Below are positions 29,123 to 40,266 of a DNA stretch of 64,000 bases, piece after piece. The position numbers were made by a program, and so were the translations under genes. The stretch is taken from IMG/VR virus record IMGVR_UViG_3300033066_002331. The stretch is one strand, 5' to 3'. Positions within the stretch are counted from its first letter, which is position 1. Every line of letters starts with the position of its first letter. The notes beneath the pieces were generated by a model. The model was not told where the DNA came from. It was given only the letters and a program-made list of their open reading frames with translations, and made no database searches. Source of the DNA: an uncultured virus (IMG/VR IMGVR_UViG_3300033066_002331) (lineage: Duplodnaviria > Heunggongvirae > Uroviricota > Caudoviricetes).

Positions 29123-29692
29123 AACATTAGGGTTTAAGGGTTACTTCTTCTTACGTAAAAAGAAAAAAAAAGTTTCTATTTTTTCTCAATATCCTTAAAA
29201 TCTTTTTTTCTTGACCAAGCTTTAGCTCTTATTTTTTTTAGAGTATTTTTTTTACCCTTAAGAATTCCAAAAATATTTTCAAGTGTATTTTTATTTTGTT
29301 TTTTCATCTTTACTTGTTAAATGATAGCTTTTACATTGATTGCAAAAATAATATCTTTTTTCTCTTCTATTAAAATTACTATTTCTTGATGATTTAACCT
29401 TTGATAAAATAAGCATAGCTCCTATTTTATCAAAACTTTTTTTGTGACAAATATTATTTAATTTTGATTTCTTCTCCATTATGATTGCAAGAACAGGATT
29501 TTACTCTCCAATGAATTTTTCCAATTATTGTTTTTGTAACAAACTTCTCTTCAGTATTTATAGTAACTATTTCATATAATGAATCATCTTCAAAAATTTT
29601 AAACTCATTAAACTTTTTATATTTTTTACCCAGAGTTCTTATTGTTAAATTAATAATTTCAAACTGGTCTGAATTTAAACTAAATACTTCTG

Positions 29693-30109
29693 TCATAAAT
29701 TTAATTTTTGAACATGAGGTTTACAAATATCAACAACTTTCTTACACATATCAACATCAAACCAGCCGATATGAGTTTCTTTAACATTTATTCCTAATTC
29801 ACCAGATAACCACTTATAGGCTTTACCTCGTGCCTTACCTTTTTTCATTCCAAGCTCTTGTTTTCTTTGCCAAAGTTTATCAAAATAAAAATGAGCAGTT
29901 TGTTTCCATTTTCTTAATTCAGAATTTGCCAATCTACCCAACGCAACTGTTGTTTCTTTATGAACACCAACCCAAGCGCTGCAAGGCCTACAAAGATAAA
30001 TCATACCAAAACTTTCTTTGTAAACAGCTTTGCTATCTACAAATTCAGTTTCAGATTTACAATAAGGGCATTGTTTCCCAAGAATAATTAAATCGCCTTT
30101 TCTACTCAT
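29693..30109 (-). CDS. DUF3268-like zinc-finger phage protein
   Basis: CPYC, YLCRPCSAWVGVH, LGRLAN, HIGWFD. Confidence 0.8.
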   Translation of the reverse strand: MSRKGDLIILGKQCPYCKSETEFVDSKAVYKESFGMIYLCRPCSAWVGVHKETTVALGRLANSELRKWKQTAHFYFDKLWQRKQELGMKKGKARGKAYKWLSGELGINVKETHIGWFDVDMCKKVVDICKPHVQKLNL

Positions 30110-31947
30110 ATACTAAGGGATTATTTATTTCTGTTTTTTATCATAAAATTTTATACGTTTTTCATGATAAAAAGTTTCATTTATTATTATTTAAGAGGAA
30201 TCTTATATTTAACCATAAAATCTTTCATCTTCTCTGCTGCAGTCTTTTTATTAAAATCCGTAGACATTAATTCTTCAAAATCCATGTCATCTAATTCATA
30301 ATAATGAACATAAATTACACTTGCATGAGTTTGAATTGGTGCATCAGGATGAATAAGTCTTTCTGCTCTTTCCGCTTCAGTTTCTTCTGTTGGAATTTCA
30401 ATTTTACGTGAGAATAAATATTTTCCATTATTTGGGATTTCATCAAACATATCAAAAAACCCTACTACTCTTTTTCCTTTCATATCAAAAAAATTATTGT
30501 TTTATATTATTATTGCAATCATTCTGAGGTAGTATTGTTGGGCCTACTGTTACTGGCCATTGTTGTAGAGGCTGAACACATGGACAAGAAGAACTGAAAG
30601 GACTATTTCCTTTACCACAAACAGGACATATCCATCCAGTCATTCCAGGCGCTTTTTTGGGATTACATAATTCACAATTTGCAATTTGCTCATTTGTCTT
30701 ACCGCATTGACATATAATAGCATTTTGCAACGGCAAAGCGTTATCTATGGGTAAATTTTGATTAAACTCACTGTTATTTATTTCTGCTGACATATTATAA
30801 TTATTTTTATTAAATATAATCATTTTTTTAATAAAAAAAAATCCCCTTGTTTATTAGTCATAAATAAATCAATAATATCTTTTGGCGCATATTCTTGCTC
30901 TTTTTGCTGGTATGTTTGTGATGCTTCTATGATTTCAGCCAACACCTTCTTATCAATGCCAAGATTTTTAAATTTATCTAATATTTCTTTTTTAGAAGGT
31001 AAAACTCTAACCAACTCTTTTTCACCTTTAAATGTATAAGACAACATCATGTCTTTCTCATGTCTTTTACAGCCATTGCTTTCTTTACCATATACAGCAA
31101 AAACATCAATTTCTTTTTCTGTTGGGGTCATTAATTTATTACTCATTTTCTACTTTTTTTAAGGTTATTATTGTAAAATAGGCATTATCATCTTCTTTTA
31201 CTTCGATATTTTCTATATCAGAACTATAACGTGAACAATCACAGTCCCATAAAGAGTGATTAATTCCCTTTTTAAAATCAATCATATCCTTTTCCGATAT
31301 ATTTAACAAAGAAAAATGACACTCAACTGTTTTAGGTAAATACTTAGCTTCAAGCATATCCTGATAGGCCATTAACTCTTTCCATTCTCCTTCACTTGCA
31401 GCACCTCTATCAACATCGTTGCCTTTAATTGAATGGTATTTATTAAACCAAACATTATTCAATCTTCGAAGCTCATCAGCTTCTGAAATTTTTACTTGAA
31501 TAATTGTATTAGTAGTAATCGAATCGCAACTAAGTGTTGGAAGATATTTTCTAACAATTTCTTCTCCTACATAAAATCCCAACTGATATGCAAGTGTTAA
31601 TTTAGCCTTTGCCTCAAGCCTCTTATTTTTAAAGGCTTCTTTTTCTTCAGCTGTAAATTTTATCTTGTTTAGCGGCATTTTATTTACCTTTTATTTTTTT
31701 TATTAATAAAGCTAAGCCTATGGCTAATAAAATTATTAATCCAGCAAAAGTATAATAAGCAGCCTTAGGAGTGCCATGATTTTCTGGAGTGACACCATAA
31801 AAATTTTGTTTAGGCTCTTCTGGTTTAGAACAACTCAACATCAAAACTGATGAAGTAATTAAAATTGCTCCAAATAAATAAAGTGACTTTTTCATTTTTA
31901 ATTTATAACTGTTTAATACAATTATACGAAAATATCTTTAAAAGGTT

Positions 31948-32271
31948 TCAATCTTCTGGATTGTACCAAATATATTTAGCAGTTAATTCTTGACCTGATT
32001 CAATATCTTGAATTGTATCTAAAAAAATATATTTATCTTTTTCTACAGTGACTTTACAATTAGGAGATTCAGAATGATTAAAAAAACCACCTAAAGGCAA
32101 TCTTGCCCATCCTCCTTCATCTTTAAACTCTTCATCTTCAGTTTTAAAATGAGTCATACCAATTCTTGTTCCTCCTTTAATGGCTACAACAGAAAATAAA
32201 CCAAGGCCCTCTATTTCAGAATTTTTTATTGTTACGCACTCTGGAAGTGGTTTATAATATTTTTTAGCCAT
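31948..32271 (-). CDS. SET-domain protein
   Basis: GLGLFS, GFFNHSESPNC, DIESGQELTAKY. Confidence 0.85.
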   Translation of the reverse strand: MAKKYYKPLPECVTIKNSEIEGLGLFSVVAIKGGTRIGMTHFKTEDEEFKDEGGWARLPLGGFFNHSESPNCKVTVEKDKYIFLDTIQDIESGQELTAKYIWYNPED

Positions 32272-33019
32272 TGAATTTATCTTTTGCTTTATTGACTAAC
32301 TCTTGTATTTCAGCTTTTAGTCTTTGTTGACGACGATTCCAATCATCAAATAATAACTTTTGATTTACAATAACTTTATTATTATGTTTTAAAACCATCT
32401 TTATATATTGCTGATTATTTCCAAAATTACCTGTATACTTATCAATAGTAATAGTTAAATCAGATTTTGGAGTTGGCATCCACTTAAAATAAGCTGCCGA
32501 ATTATTATCAGACCCTAATTCAAGATTAAATTCTTTTTTAATAAAATCAATTACAGATTTTATTCTTCCTTGATTATATGCATTATAAACATTTTGAGAG
32601 CGTTGTTCTTCTTCTTCATCTTCATCTTCCTGCTCTTCTTCTTCGCAAGATTCACACAAATCATGTTCCCATTCTTCTAATTCACATCCACAATTTGAGC
32701 AGGTTTCTGGCTCTTCCTCCCAGTTATCTTCATCCATTATTCCTTGTTCTCCAAAAGTTCCATTATTTCCAAATAATCTTCTAATCGTCCAATATTCTTC
32801 TTCTGATATTTTCTTGAATTTTAATGATTCTAAAGCATCATCAGAATCATCAAATTCTATTTCTTCTCCATTTGATAGTGTAAGAACACAGTCATTATCA
32901 AATCTATTTCTAATTCTTTGAATTAAAGATTTTTTTTCATTTTCATTTAATACTTTAAATCCACTTACTCCAAATCCTTCAGAGTCATTTTCGTTAAATT
33001 TACACAAATAATATTTCAT
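32264..33019 (-). CDS. hypothetical protein with acidic Zn-ribbon linker
   Basis: CSNC...CESC within an acidic tract. Confidence 0.55.
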   Translation of the reverse strand: MKYYLCKFNENDSEGFGVSGFKVLNENEKKSLIQRIRNRFDNDCVLTLSNGEEIEFDDSDDALESLKFKKISEEEYWTIRRLFGNNGTFGEQGIMDEDNWEEEPETCSNCGCELEEWEHDLCESCEEEEQEDEDEEEEQRSQNVYNAYNQGRIKSVIDFIKKEFNLELGSDNNSAAYFKWMPTPKSDLTITIDKYTGNFGNNQQYIKMVLKHNNKVIVNQKLLFDDWNRRQQRLKAEIQELVNKAKDKFNG

Positions 33020-33031
33020 TTTTTCTTTTTT

Positions 33032-33871
33032 TTATAAATTATATTTTTCTACTTCTTCTTTTAAAATTTTTAATTCTTCAGTAACAGCATTTATATCTTT
33101 TTGAAGAACATCTGCATTTTCATATTCTTCATTTTCTAAAGTTGTTTTCATTTGTTCTTTCATTTCTTCTAATTCAGTTTCAAGAAAATCCAACCAATAT
33201 TGCGCTTGCAATTTATCCTTTGCAACTTCTTTTATATCATACTTTTTATTGACAAAGTTTTCAGCTTTTTTATTTCTTTCCTCAGGAGTTCCATTCATAG
33301 TAATATCTGCAATAAAATTTGAAATTACTTCAAATAAAGTCCAAGTCTTATATCCTTCAAATACAAGCTCGCTATGAATATTATCAATTTCTCCAAGATT
33401 ATGAATTAATATTCTTTCATTAAATCTAAAAAAACAATTTTTCCATATATTAATTGGAAGAAAACTAATATCATGAGGTACATTATTTTGAACTACTTTT
33501 TCAGGTATTAAATATGCTCTTAAATATCCAAACAACATTAACTCATCGTTTAAAATTTCTCCTTCCCAAGACATTTCAATTTCTCCAAATTCATGTGTAA
33601 TATCTGTAGGTTTTTCCATTTCTTCTAAAAATAATTTCAATGGAATACCATCTGCAAATCCATAAAAACATAAGTCTATATCTTTTTCATATCTTTTTAG
33701 ATGATTCATGAAATCTTCAATAGTTACATCTTGTTTAATTTCAACATTTCTATCAAAATAAGCAGAAATTGGTGCATCTAAGAGAGAAATATCATGTTCG
33801 GACCAATCGTTATTTTCTTCTTCCCACTTTGTTGTGGTAATTTTATCTTTGTAAATTATTAATTTTAACAT
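33032..33871 (-). CDS. acidic protein with C-terminal UVR-like coiled coil
   Basis: EMKEQMKTTLENEEYENADVLQKDI. Confidence 0.5.
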   Translation of the reverse strand: MLKLIIYKDKITTTKWEEENNDWSEHDISLLDAPISAYFDRNVEIKQDVTIEDFMNHLKRYEKDIDLCFYGFADGIPLKLFLEEMEKPTDITHEFGEIEMSWEGEILNDELMLFGYLRAYLIPEKVVQNNVPHDISFLPINIWKNCFFRFNERILIHNLGEIDNIHSELVFEGYKTWTLFEVISNFIADITMNGTPEERNKKAENFVNKKYDIKEVAKDKLQAQYWLDFLETELEEMKEQMKTTLENEEYENADVLQKDINAVTEELKILKEEVEKYNL

Positions 33872-35136
33872 AAAAAAAGCTACTGTGTTTTAGTAGCTTC
33901 AAATATAAAAAAAATAATAAGAAATAACAAATTAAATTGTATTATTTTCATCTATATCAGCAGATAATGCATAACCTGTAATATCAAATAAATCTAATTG
34001 ACTTATTAATTGAAATCTTTCTGAATTTTTGTTCTGTAGTTTTTTCTTTGCTTCTTCTATCTCTTGTCCTTTTGCTAAAATTTCAATTAACTTAGGTTCA
34101 TTTAATATATTTTCAAGAGCATATATTTTTTTTGTTTTAAAAGAATTTGTAACAATTTTTTCTCTTCTGCCTTCAAATATACCTTTGGTATATTTTATCC
34201 AACATTCTCCAGGAATAGTTGTAAATGAAATTATATCAGCATAAGATATTTCTCCATTAGAATCAAAAAAAACAATTGGAATTGTTTTAAAATCTTTTTT
34301 ATTAAATCTATCTATTGATTCTTTTAACTTTTTAAGTGAAGTATTTCTAGCAAATTCTTCTTCTCCAGTATTGTAATCTAAATTCAAATAGGCAACCCAT
34401 TCTTCTTTGTCTAAGTCAAATTCTATTTTTGCATTTTTATATATTGTGTGTATTGCAATTCTATTATCCATAATTATTTTCCAGCAGCCAAAGTAATAAG
34501 TCCAGTAATTGTCAAAGTAACTCCAGTAACAATACAAGCAGCCTTCGGCCCCTGCTGAAAGAATGGTACTGTTTGTCTTTTCATGTTATATGATGATGTG
34601 TTATTTGGAGCATAAACATAAGTATAGTTCGAAGTAGTTAAAAAACCAATTGCACTAAATGCAACTCCTCCTATAACTAAACCATGACTTGTTCTGAAGC
34701 CTGAATTTTCATTATATCCATGTTTTGATTGAGCATTTACATTGGTTACTATAGCCAACATAAATAAAAAAGTAAAAATGATTGTTTTCATATTATTGTT
34801 TTTATTGTTTATACTCTTTTCAAGACGTTAAGGTTACAATATTATCCTATGCTTATAAAAACTTGTAGAACCTTTAAATTCTTTTTCGAAAATATCTACA
34901 TAGATATTACCAGCATCTATAACATCAGGAGGGTTGTTTTCATAATCACATTTAGCTTCTATTTCTGAAAACCCGTTTTCTCTTAGATATTCTTCTGCAA
35001 TAGTCTTAGCTTCGTTCATAGATTCCTGGTCTATAATACCATGAAGAAGAACTTCATAACATTTTAACTTAACTTTTTCCAGTATATTTTCATCAATATT
35101 TTTCATGCTATAATATAAGCATTTATATTTAAAAAA

Positions 35137-35559
35137 TCAATTGTAAACACATTCTGGAATTTTAATCTTATGTAGAAACTTTATGTATTCTCTTCCGTCT
35201 TTAGCGTATTTTATTTTAATTAAAAATTGCTCATAATCTCCTCCTTTATACCTACTTTGTATTTTATTCTTATATGCTTTAACACAATCTTGCCATGTTA
35301 CATAACTTGCCACTCCATTTTTAAGGCCAAATAAGTTATTTCTTTTTTTACAAGCAGAAGACTTTAGCCAACCAGTTTCTGCAACTGCTTGTTTCAGAAC
35401 TATCTCAGGAAATTGGACGCTATCTTTGAGTAGCTGTTTGTAAAGATTTTTTAAATTTAAAACAGTAGAATCTGCTGTAATCATTTCATCGCATTTTGTT
35501 TGCGCCTTAGAGACGCTAAAAGCAATTACCATGCTTAGTAAGAGAATTGTTTTTTTCAT
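35137..35559 (-). CDS. secreted glucosaminidase (GH73-like peptidoglycan hydrolase)
   Basis: Signal peptide; QAVAETGW, NNLFGL, KYAKD. Confidence 0.75.
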   Translation of the reverse strand: MKKTILLLSMVIAFSVSKAQTKCDEMITADSTVLNLKNLYKQLLKDSVQFPEIVLKQAVAETGWLKSSACKKRNNLFGLKNGVASYVTWQDCVKAYKNKIQSRYKGGDYEQFLIKIKYAKDGREYIKFLHKIKIPECVYN

Positions 35560-35560
35560 T

Positions 35561-35998
35561 TTATTCCATTTTAATTACCTGCCCATCTTCTATTGACTCT
35601 AATACATAATTAATATCGGTCAACATTTTCTCCAATCGTTTCTTCTTGTTTATCAATGATTCTTTAAAGCTCTTGTTTACTTCCTTAAAGCTTTTGTTTA
35701 CTATTACCATTTTTTGTTGATATGCTAAATCTATTTCATTAAACATATCTTTATAAACAGCATCAGTTTCCATAAGTTTACCATGCTTGTTTCTGTGATG
35801 ACATACGGATGAGTGATTAACATTTAATAGCTTGCCTATTTCTTTTGTTTTCAATTCAGGCTTATATTTCTTAAGCAATACCGAACAAATAACACGAACA
35901 TCAGCAAAAGACCTGAACTTCCTTTTAGAAAGAATCTCTTCTCTACTTAATTTCGTTAATTCTTCAACAATACCTAACAATAATTCAAACTCAATCAT
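35561..35998 (-). CDS. stand-alone DnaA C-terminal HTH-like protein
   Basis: ILSKRK.R...R...EIGKLLNVNHSSVCH. Confidence 0.7.
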   Translation of the reverse strand: MIEFELLLGIVEELTKLSREEILSKRKFRSFADVRVICSVLLKKYKPELKTKEIGKLLNVNHSSVCHHRNKHGKLMETDAVYKDMFNEIDLAYQQKMVIVNKSFKEVNKSFKESLINKKKRLEKMLTDINYVLESIEDGQVIKME

Positions 35999-36080
35999 TT
36001 TATCTAAACAAACACTTTATATTTTTTTTCTAAATATTTACCTTTTACGAAGTTACGAATAAAAAACCAAATAAACAAAT

Positions 36081-36842
36081 ATGGAAAATAGACAAGAATT
36101 AAAAGATGCAGTTAAAAACTTAATTGTCAAACAACTCGCAGATGATATTTTAAAACAAGAAAAAGATAAGTTTGATGCTTTGAAAAAAGAATTAAGTATC
36201 GAACTTACAAAAGTTAAACCAGATGCAGTTAAAGAAGCAATAAATCCAATTATTCCTTCTACTCCTGGAGAGAAAAAAATGCAGGAAAAACTTGGATTCT
36301 TTATGAAAGAAGAGTTTGCAAAGGCTTTCCAAGCAAGGCTTGATGGTATTAGAGCAATGAATAAAAAGGAATCTACTTCATCGCCATTTGACAGAGAAAT
36401 ATTTAATCCGTTTGCAGAGTCAACAAAAAAAATGAATATTGATGAAAGCATGAACTTATCAATGATAGATAAATTAAGAGCATCTCTTAGTAAATCTAAA
36501 ACTGGATTTCCTGAAAAGCTTAAAATGAACGATTTAAATGATAAAGTTTATTTTGGAGATGAAAACCCAAATGCCACAAATAACTTTAATTCTATGCCAA
36601 CAATAGATGAATCTACAAAAAAAGATTTACCTCCTTCTGCTGACACAATTTTATATGAATTCAAATCAAGCCTTAAGTCTTCAGAAGAAATTGCTAAATT
36701 GGAAAAAGAAAGCAAAAAAGAGTTTGATTTAGGAACTAAAAAGAAAGCAAAAAAAGTAATTATAAAAAAAGCAATAAAAAAGCCTGTAAAAAAAACAACA
36801 AAGAAAGTTACTGCAGCAAGTAAACCTAAAAATAAAAAATAA
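36081..36842 (+). CDS. hypothetical protein with Lys-rich histone-H1-like tail
   Basis: C-terminus KKKAKKVIIKKAIKKPVKKTTKKVTAASKPKNKK. Confidence 0.65.
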   Translation: MENRQELKDAVKNLIVKQLADDILKQEKDKFDALKKELSIELTKVKPDAVKEAINPIIPSTPGEKKMQEKLGFFMKEEFAKAFQARLDGIRAMNKKESTSSPFDREIFNPFAESTKKMNIDESMNLSMIDKLRASLSKSKTGFPEKLKMNDLNDKVYFGDENPNATNNFNSMPTIDESTKKDLPPSADTILYEFKSSLKSSEEIAKLEKESKKEFDLGTKKKAKKVIIKKAIKKPVKKTTKKVTAASKPKNKK

Positions 36843-36845
36843 ATT

Positions 36846-36872
36846 AAAGGTGAGATAATTCTCACCTTTTTT
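36846..36872. terminator. bidirectional terminator
   Basis: AAAGGTGAGA/TCTCACCTTT between convergent genes. Confidence 0.7.
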
Positions 36873-36873
36873 A

Positions 36874-37866
36874 TTATCTAAAATAAGAGTTTATAAAACT
36901 ACACAATTCTTTTGTAGTATGAACTACAGGAATTTTATATTTCATAGCCTTATAGGCCATATAATTCATTTTAGGAGCATCTTCAGGAAACCCAAGAACC
37001 AATTTACCACTCTTCATCCATTCTCCAAATTCTATATTAGTTGTAAATGCGGGCATTAATTTTAAATCTCTTGGAACCCAAAATACAATCAAATCAGCAG
37101 CATTCAACCCCTTATCTTCCCACTCTACTTGTTTGTCGTAATCAAAGTTTTCATTAAATTCTTTATTCTCAGGATTTATAATTGTACCCCTAAATCCACT
37201 GTCAAATAATTCTTTCATAAAGTCTGGTCTCCAAGAAACTCCTTCTTTATCTCTCGGAGAAGGACCTGCTATAAATATTGTATTTCCTACCTTAGTAATT
37301 TTATCTCCAGTATATAAAACTCTTTGAGGCATATTTGCACTTAACTCTCCAGCAAATACATTTACATCATAAAATTTTCTAATTGCATTCATGCAAAATA
37401 AAATCTGAGCTTCAGAAATTGGAGTAAAATGCCAAGCGTCACAACTAACATTTATCATATTTCGTTGAACCTTCCATAAACCATGAATATGCCCTACAAT
37501 AGAAAACACTTCCTTATCTGCCTTCTCTGGATAGTGATTCAAATAAACAGTTTCACCATTAGACATTGTAAGATACATTCCATCTTGAATGGTATCAAAA
37601 AGCTCTTCAAGTAAATCTTGATTTCTTGGCACATCATAATTTCCAGTAATTAAATGTTTTCTACCATTTAATTTTTTTATGCACTCTAAGCCTTCATCTG
37701 AAGTAGCTGCATCTCCAACTAAATAAACATCATCATCAATACCAACAACAGAATTCCATTTTTCAATTAATGTATTATCTTGTTCAGAAACAGTTTTAAA
37801 TGGTCTATAAAAAAGGTCAAAGCGGTTGTCTGAAAAATGTTGGTCAGATGTAAAAAATTTAGCCAT
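36874..37866 (-). CDS. calcineurin-like metallophosphoesterase fused to a nucleoside 2-deoxyribosyltransferase-like domain
   Basis: TSDQHF, LVGD, GNYD, HYP, GHIH; C-terminal IFIAGP...SWR...QVEWE...TTNIEFG. Confidence 0.8.
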   Translation of the reverse strand: MAKFFTSDQHFSDNRFDLFYRPFKTVSEQDNTLIEKWNSVVGIDDDVYLVGDAATSDEGLECIKKLNGRKHLITGNYDVPRNQDLLEELFDTIQDGMYLTMSNGETVYLNHYPEKADKEVFSIVGHIHGLWKVQRNMINVSCDAWHFTPISEAQILFCMNAIRKFYDVNVFAGELSANMPQRVLYTGDKITKVGNTIFIAGPSPRDKEGVSWRPDFMKELFDSGFRGTIINPENKEFNENFDYDKQVEWEDKGLNAADLIVFWVPRDLKLMPAFTTNIEFGEWMKSGKLVLGFPEDAPKMNYMAYKAMKYKIPVVHTTKELCSFINSYFR

Positions 37867-37947
37867 ATTAATTAGTTATACCACAAATATATAAAAAAAA
37901 GTTTATTTATGATGCTCAATTTCTAATTTTTTATTCTATTTAATTAT

Positions 37948-38736
37948 ATGAAGATAAAAAAATGTGATTTAAGTGCTCTATTGGAAGATAATTATTTATC
38001 TTATTATTGGATTGGTTTTATACTTGCTGATGGTAGTATATCTAAAAAAAATGAATTAAAAATTTCTGTTAGTTTAAAAGATGAAAACCATCTAAAAAAA
38101 TTACAAGAATTTTTAAAGATAAAAGAAATACATTATTTAAAAACCACTAATGGTTACAACTATGTATCTATTCATGGTTTAGACACAGAAGTAATGAAAG
38201 AATTTTGTAAAAAATTTAGTACAGGTAATAATAAAACATATAATCCAGCAAATATTAATTGGATTACAGATGAAAAATTAATGCTTTCTCTTATTGCTGG
38301 ATTTATAGACGGAGATGGGTGTATAGATAATCAATTTGGAAGACCAGACTTTAAACTAAGAATTAAGTGTCATAATAGTTGGCTTCCAGTTTTAGTAGAA
38401 TTTATTAAGTTCATTTATATGAACGAAGCTTTTGAGCCTGTTCAACCTAAAGTTAATAAATCTGGATATGCAGAACTCACAGTTACGAACACAGTAATAC
38501 TTAAAAATTTAAAGAAAAAAATATTAAATTTAAAATTACCTATTATGAATAGAAAGTGGGAAATTATAGACTTGAATTATATTAGTAGAAATGAAAATGC
38601 AGAATATATAAAAAAACAAGTTATACAATTACTATTAGATGGTAAAAAAAATAAACAAATTTGTCAGATTCTTAATGTCCATAAATCAACAGTTAGTATT
38701 ATTAAAAAAAATTATCTATCTTCCAAAAATTTATAA
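37948..38736 (+). CDS. LAGLIDADG homing endonuclease with C-terminal HTH
   Basis: YWIGFILADGS and LIAGFIDGDGC. Confidence 0.85.
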   Translation: MKIKKCDLSALLEDNYLSYYWIGFILADGSISKKNELKISVSLKDENHLKKLQEFLKIKEIHYLKTTNGYNYVSIHGLDTEVMKEFCKKFSTGNNKTYNPANINWITDEKLMLSLIAGFIDGDGCIDNQFGRPDFKLRIKCHNSWLPVLVEFIKFIYMNEAFEPVQPKVNKSGYAELTVTNTVILKNLKKKILNLKLPIMNRKWEIIDLNYISRNENAEYIKKQVIQLLLDGKKNKQICQILNVHKSTVSIIKKNYLSSKNL

Positions 38737-38774
38737 TAAACAAAAAAGCCAACAATATTTTGCTGGCCTTTTTA

Positions 38775-39512
38775 TTATTCTTCCAATTTAGGAAATTTGA
38801 GGTCTAATTCAAGGAGTGCTTCTGCGACTCTCTTGGCAATTAAATATTCTTTGTACCAATTTTTGTCAGCAGGAACTATTTCCCAAGGAACCTCATTACA
38901 ATTTTTAAATATATCTTGATACGCTTTTCTGTATTGAGGCCATTGCTTTGCAGTTTCTTTATCTCCTGGATTATGTTTCCATTGTTTAGTTGGGTCTTCT
39001 AAGCGTTCTTGTAATCTTCTTGATTGTTCTTCTTCTGAAATATGTAAATAGAATTTAAGTACCACTGTTCCATTATCTTCTAATAATTTCTCAAAATTAT
39101 TTATATGTTGAAAACGTTTTTTAGTAGTTTTTTTGTCAATCCATTTATTAACAGTTGGCACTAAAACATCTTCATAGTGTGAGCGATTAAAAATTTTTAT
39201 AATTCCTTTTTGTGGAACTTCTCTATGTATTCTCCATAAGAAATCATGAGCCAATTCAAGTTCTGTTGGCTTCTTGAAACTTGATATTGAAATACCTTGT
39301 GGATTTACAAAGCTAAATACTGCTTTTGTAGCACCATCTTTACCAGAACCATCTAATCCTTGTAAAACGATTAAGATGCTGTATTTATTTTGAGCATATA
39401 AGATATTTTGACGTTCTCTAATAATATCAATATACTTCTTTGTTTTTTCTTTAATTTCTTCTTTCTTTAAATAAGAATGAGGCTTTGTGGAATATTCTGA
39501 TAGTCTTTTCAT
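38775..39512 (-). CDS. ppk2: polyphosphate kinase 2 family
   Basis: QGLDGSGKDG, SFKKPT, HDFLWR, FNRSHYEDVL. Confidence 0.92.
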   Translation of the reverse strand: MKRLSEYSTKPHSYLKKEEIKEKTKKYIDIIRERQNILYAQNKYSILIVLQGLDGSGKDGATKAVFSFVNPQGISISSFKKPTELELAHDFLWRIHREVPQKGIIKIFNRSHYEDVLVPTVNKWIDKKTTKKRFQHINNFEKLLEDNGTVVLKFYLHISEEEQSRRLQERLEDPTKQWKHNPGDKETAKQWPQYRKAYQDIFKNCNEVPWEIVPADKNWYKEYLIAKRVAEALLELDLKFPKLEE

Positions 39513-39587
39513 GTTTTTTTATACGAAAATTATCTATAAAAGTTTCATTTTAAGCTTTTTTTGAGGAAATTTCTCATATTTATTACT

Positions 39588-39947
39588 ATGAGAAAGACAG
39601 CTACTATATTATTCCATGCAAGACAACAAGCCCACTTTTGGCATCTTGATACTAAATCATATGCTGAGCATAAGGCTTTAAATGAATTTTATGATGGAAT
39701 TCTTGAACTTACAGATAAACTTCTTGAAGTTTATATGGGAAAAGGAAAAAGAATTGACTTTGGGAGTGTTAGAATGACCTTTCATAAGTACGATAGAGAG
39801 AAAATGATAGAATACCTTAAGAAACTTGTAAGATACATTAATAGAGCTAAAAAAGGCCTTAATCCAAGCGATGGAGATTTAGCTAATATATTTGATGAAA
39901 TTTTAGGTCTTACAAATCAAACTTTATATTTACTCACATTAAAATAA
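39588..39947 (+). CDS. ferritin/Dps-like (DUF5856-like) protein
   Basis: HFWHLDTKSYAEHKALNEFYD...YLLTLK. Confidence 0.7.
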   Translation: MRKTATILFHARQQAHFWHLDTKSYAEHKALNEFYDGILELTDKLLEVYMGKGKRIDFGSVRMTFHKYDREKMIEYLKKLVRYINRAKKGLNPSDGDLANIFDEILGLTNQTLYLLTLK

Positions 39948-40197
39948 AAATAGCTCCTTAAATGGAGCTTTTTCTTTTATATACTCTATAGCAAAACGGC
40001 GGATTCATTCCTTGTCTAAAATAAATAAGTTCCTCTCTGTGATTTTTCAAATCTGATTCAGACCTATTTTTACCCTCTCTCAACAACTCCTTATACCACT
40101 CAGTGAATTCATCGCCAGGAGGAAAGTTAGTTTTGTCTTTAAAGACATTCTCAAGCATTTTTTTATAAGAAATATATATTTCTTCAGAGTTTTTAAC

Positions 40198-40266
40198 AAA
40201 ATCTTTTAATTGCTCTTCGTATGTCTTATTTAGAAAATCTTTTAATTGCTCTTCGTATGTCTTATT
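40198..40266. repeat. tandem duplication (33-bp identical copies, 36-bp period) in CDS 39958-40275
   Basis: AAAATCTTTTAATTGCTCTTCGTATGTCTTATT x2, encoding NKTYEEQLKDF twice. Confidence 0.9.

Noticed and set aside
29137..29149. Extra scaffold unit (GGGTTACTTCT on + strand)
   Set aside because: No upstream GGCTA at the right spacing and no pairing partner; overlaps a promoter region
30711..30793. Second, degenerate attC-like relic in ORF 30494-30823
   Set aside because: Only a vague resemblance to one arm, with no complementary arm or junction
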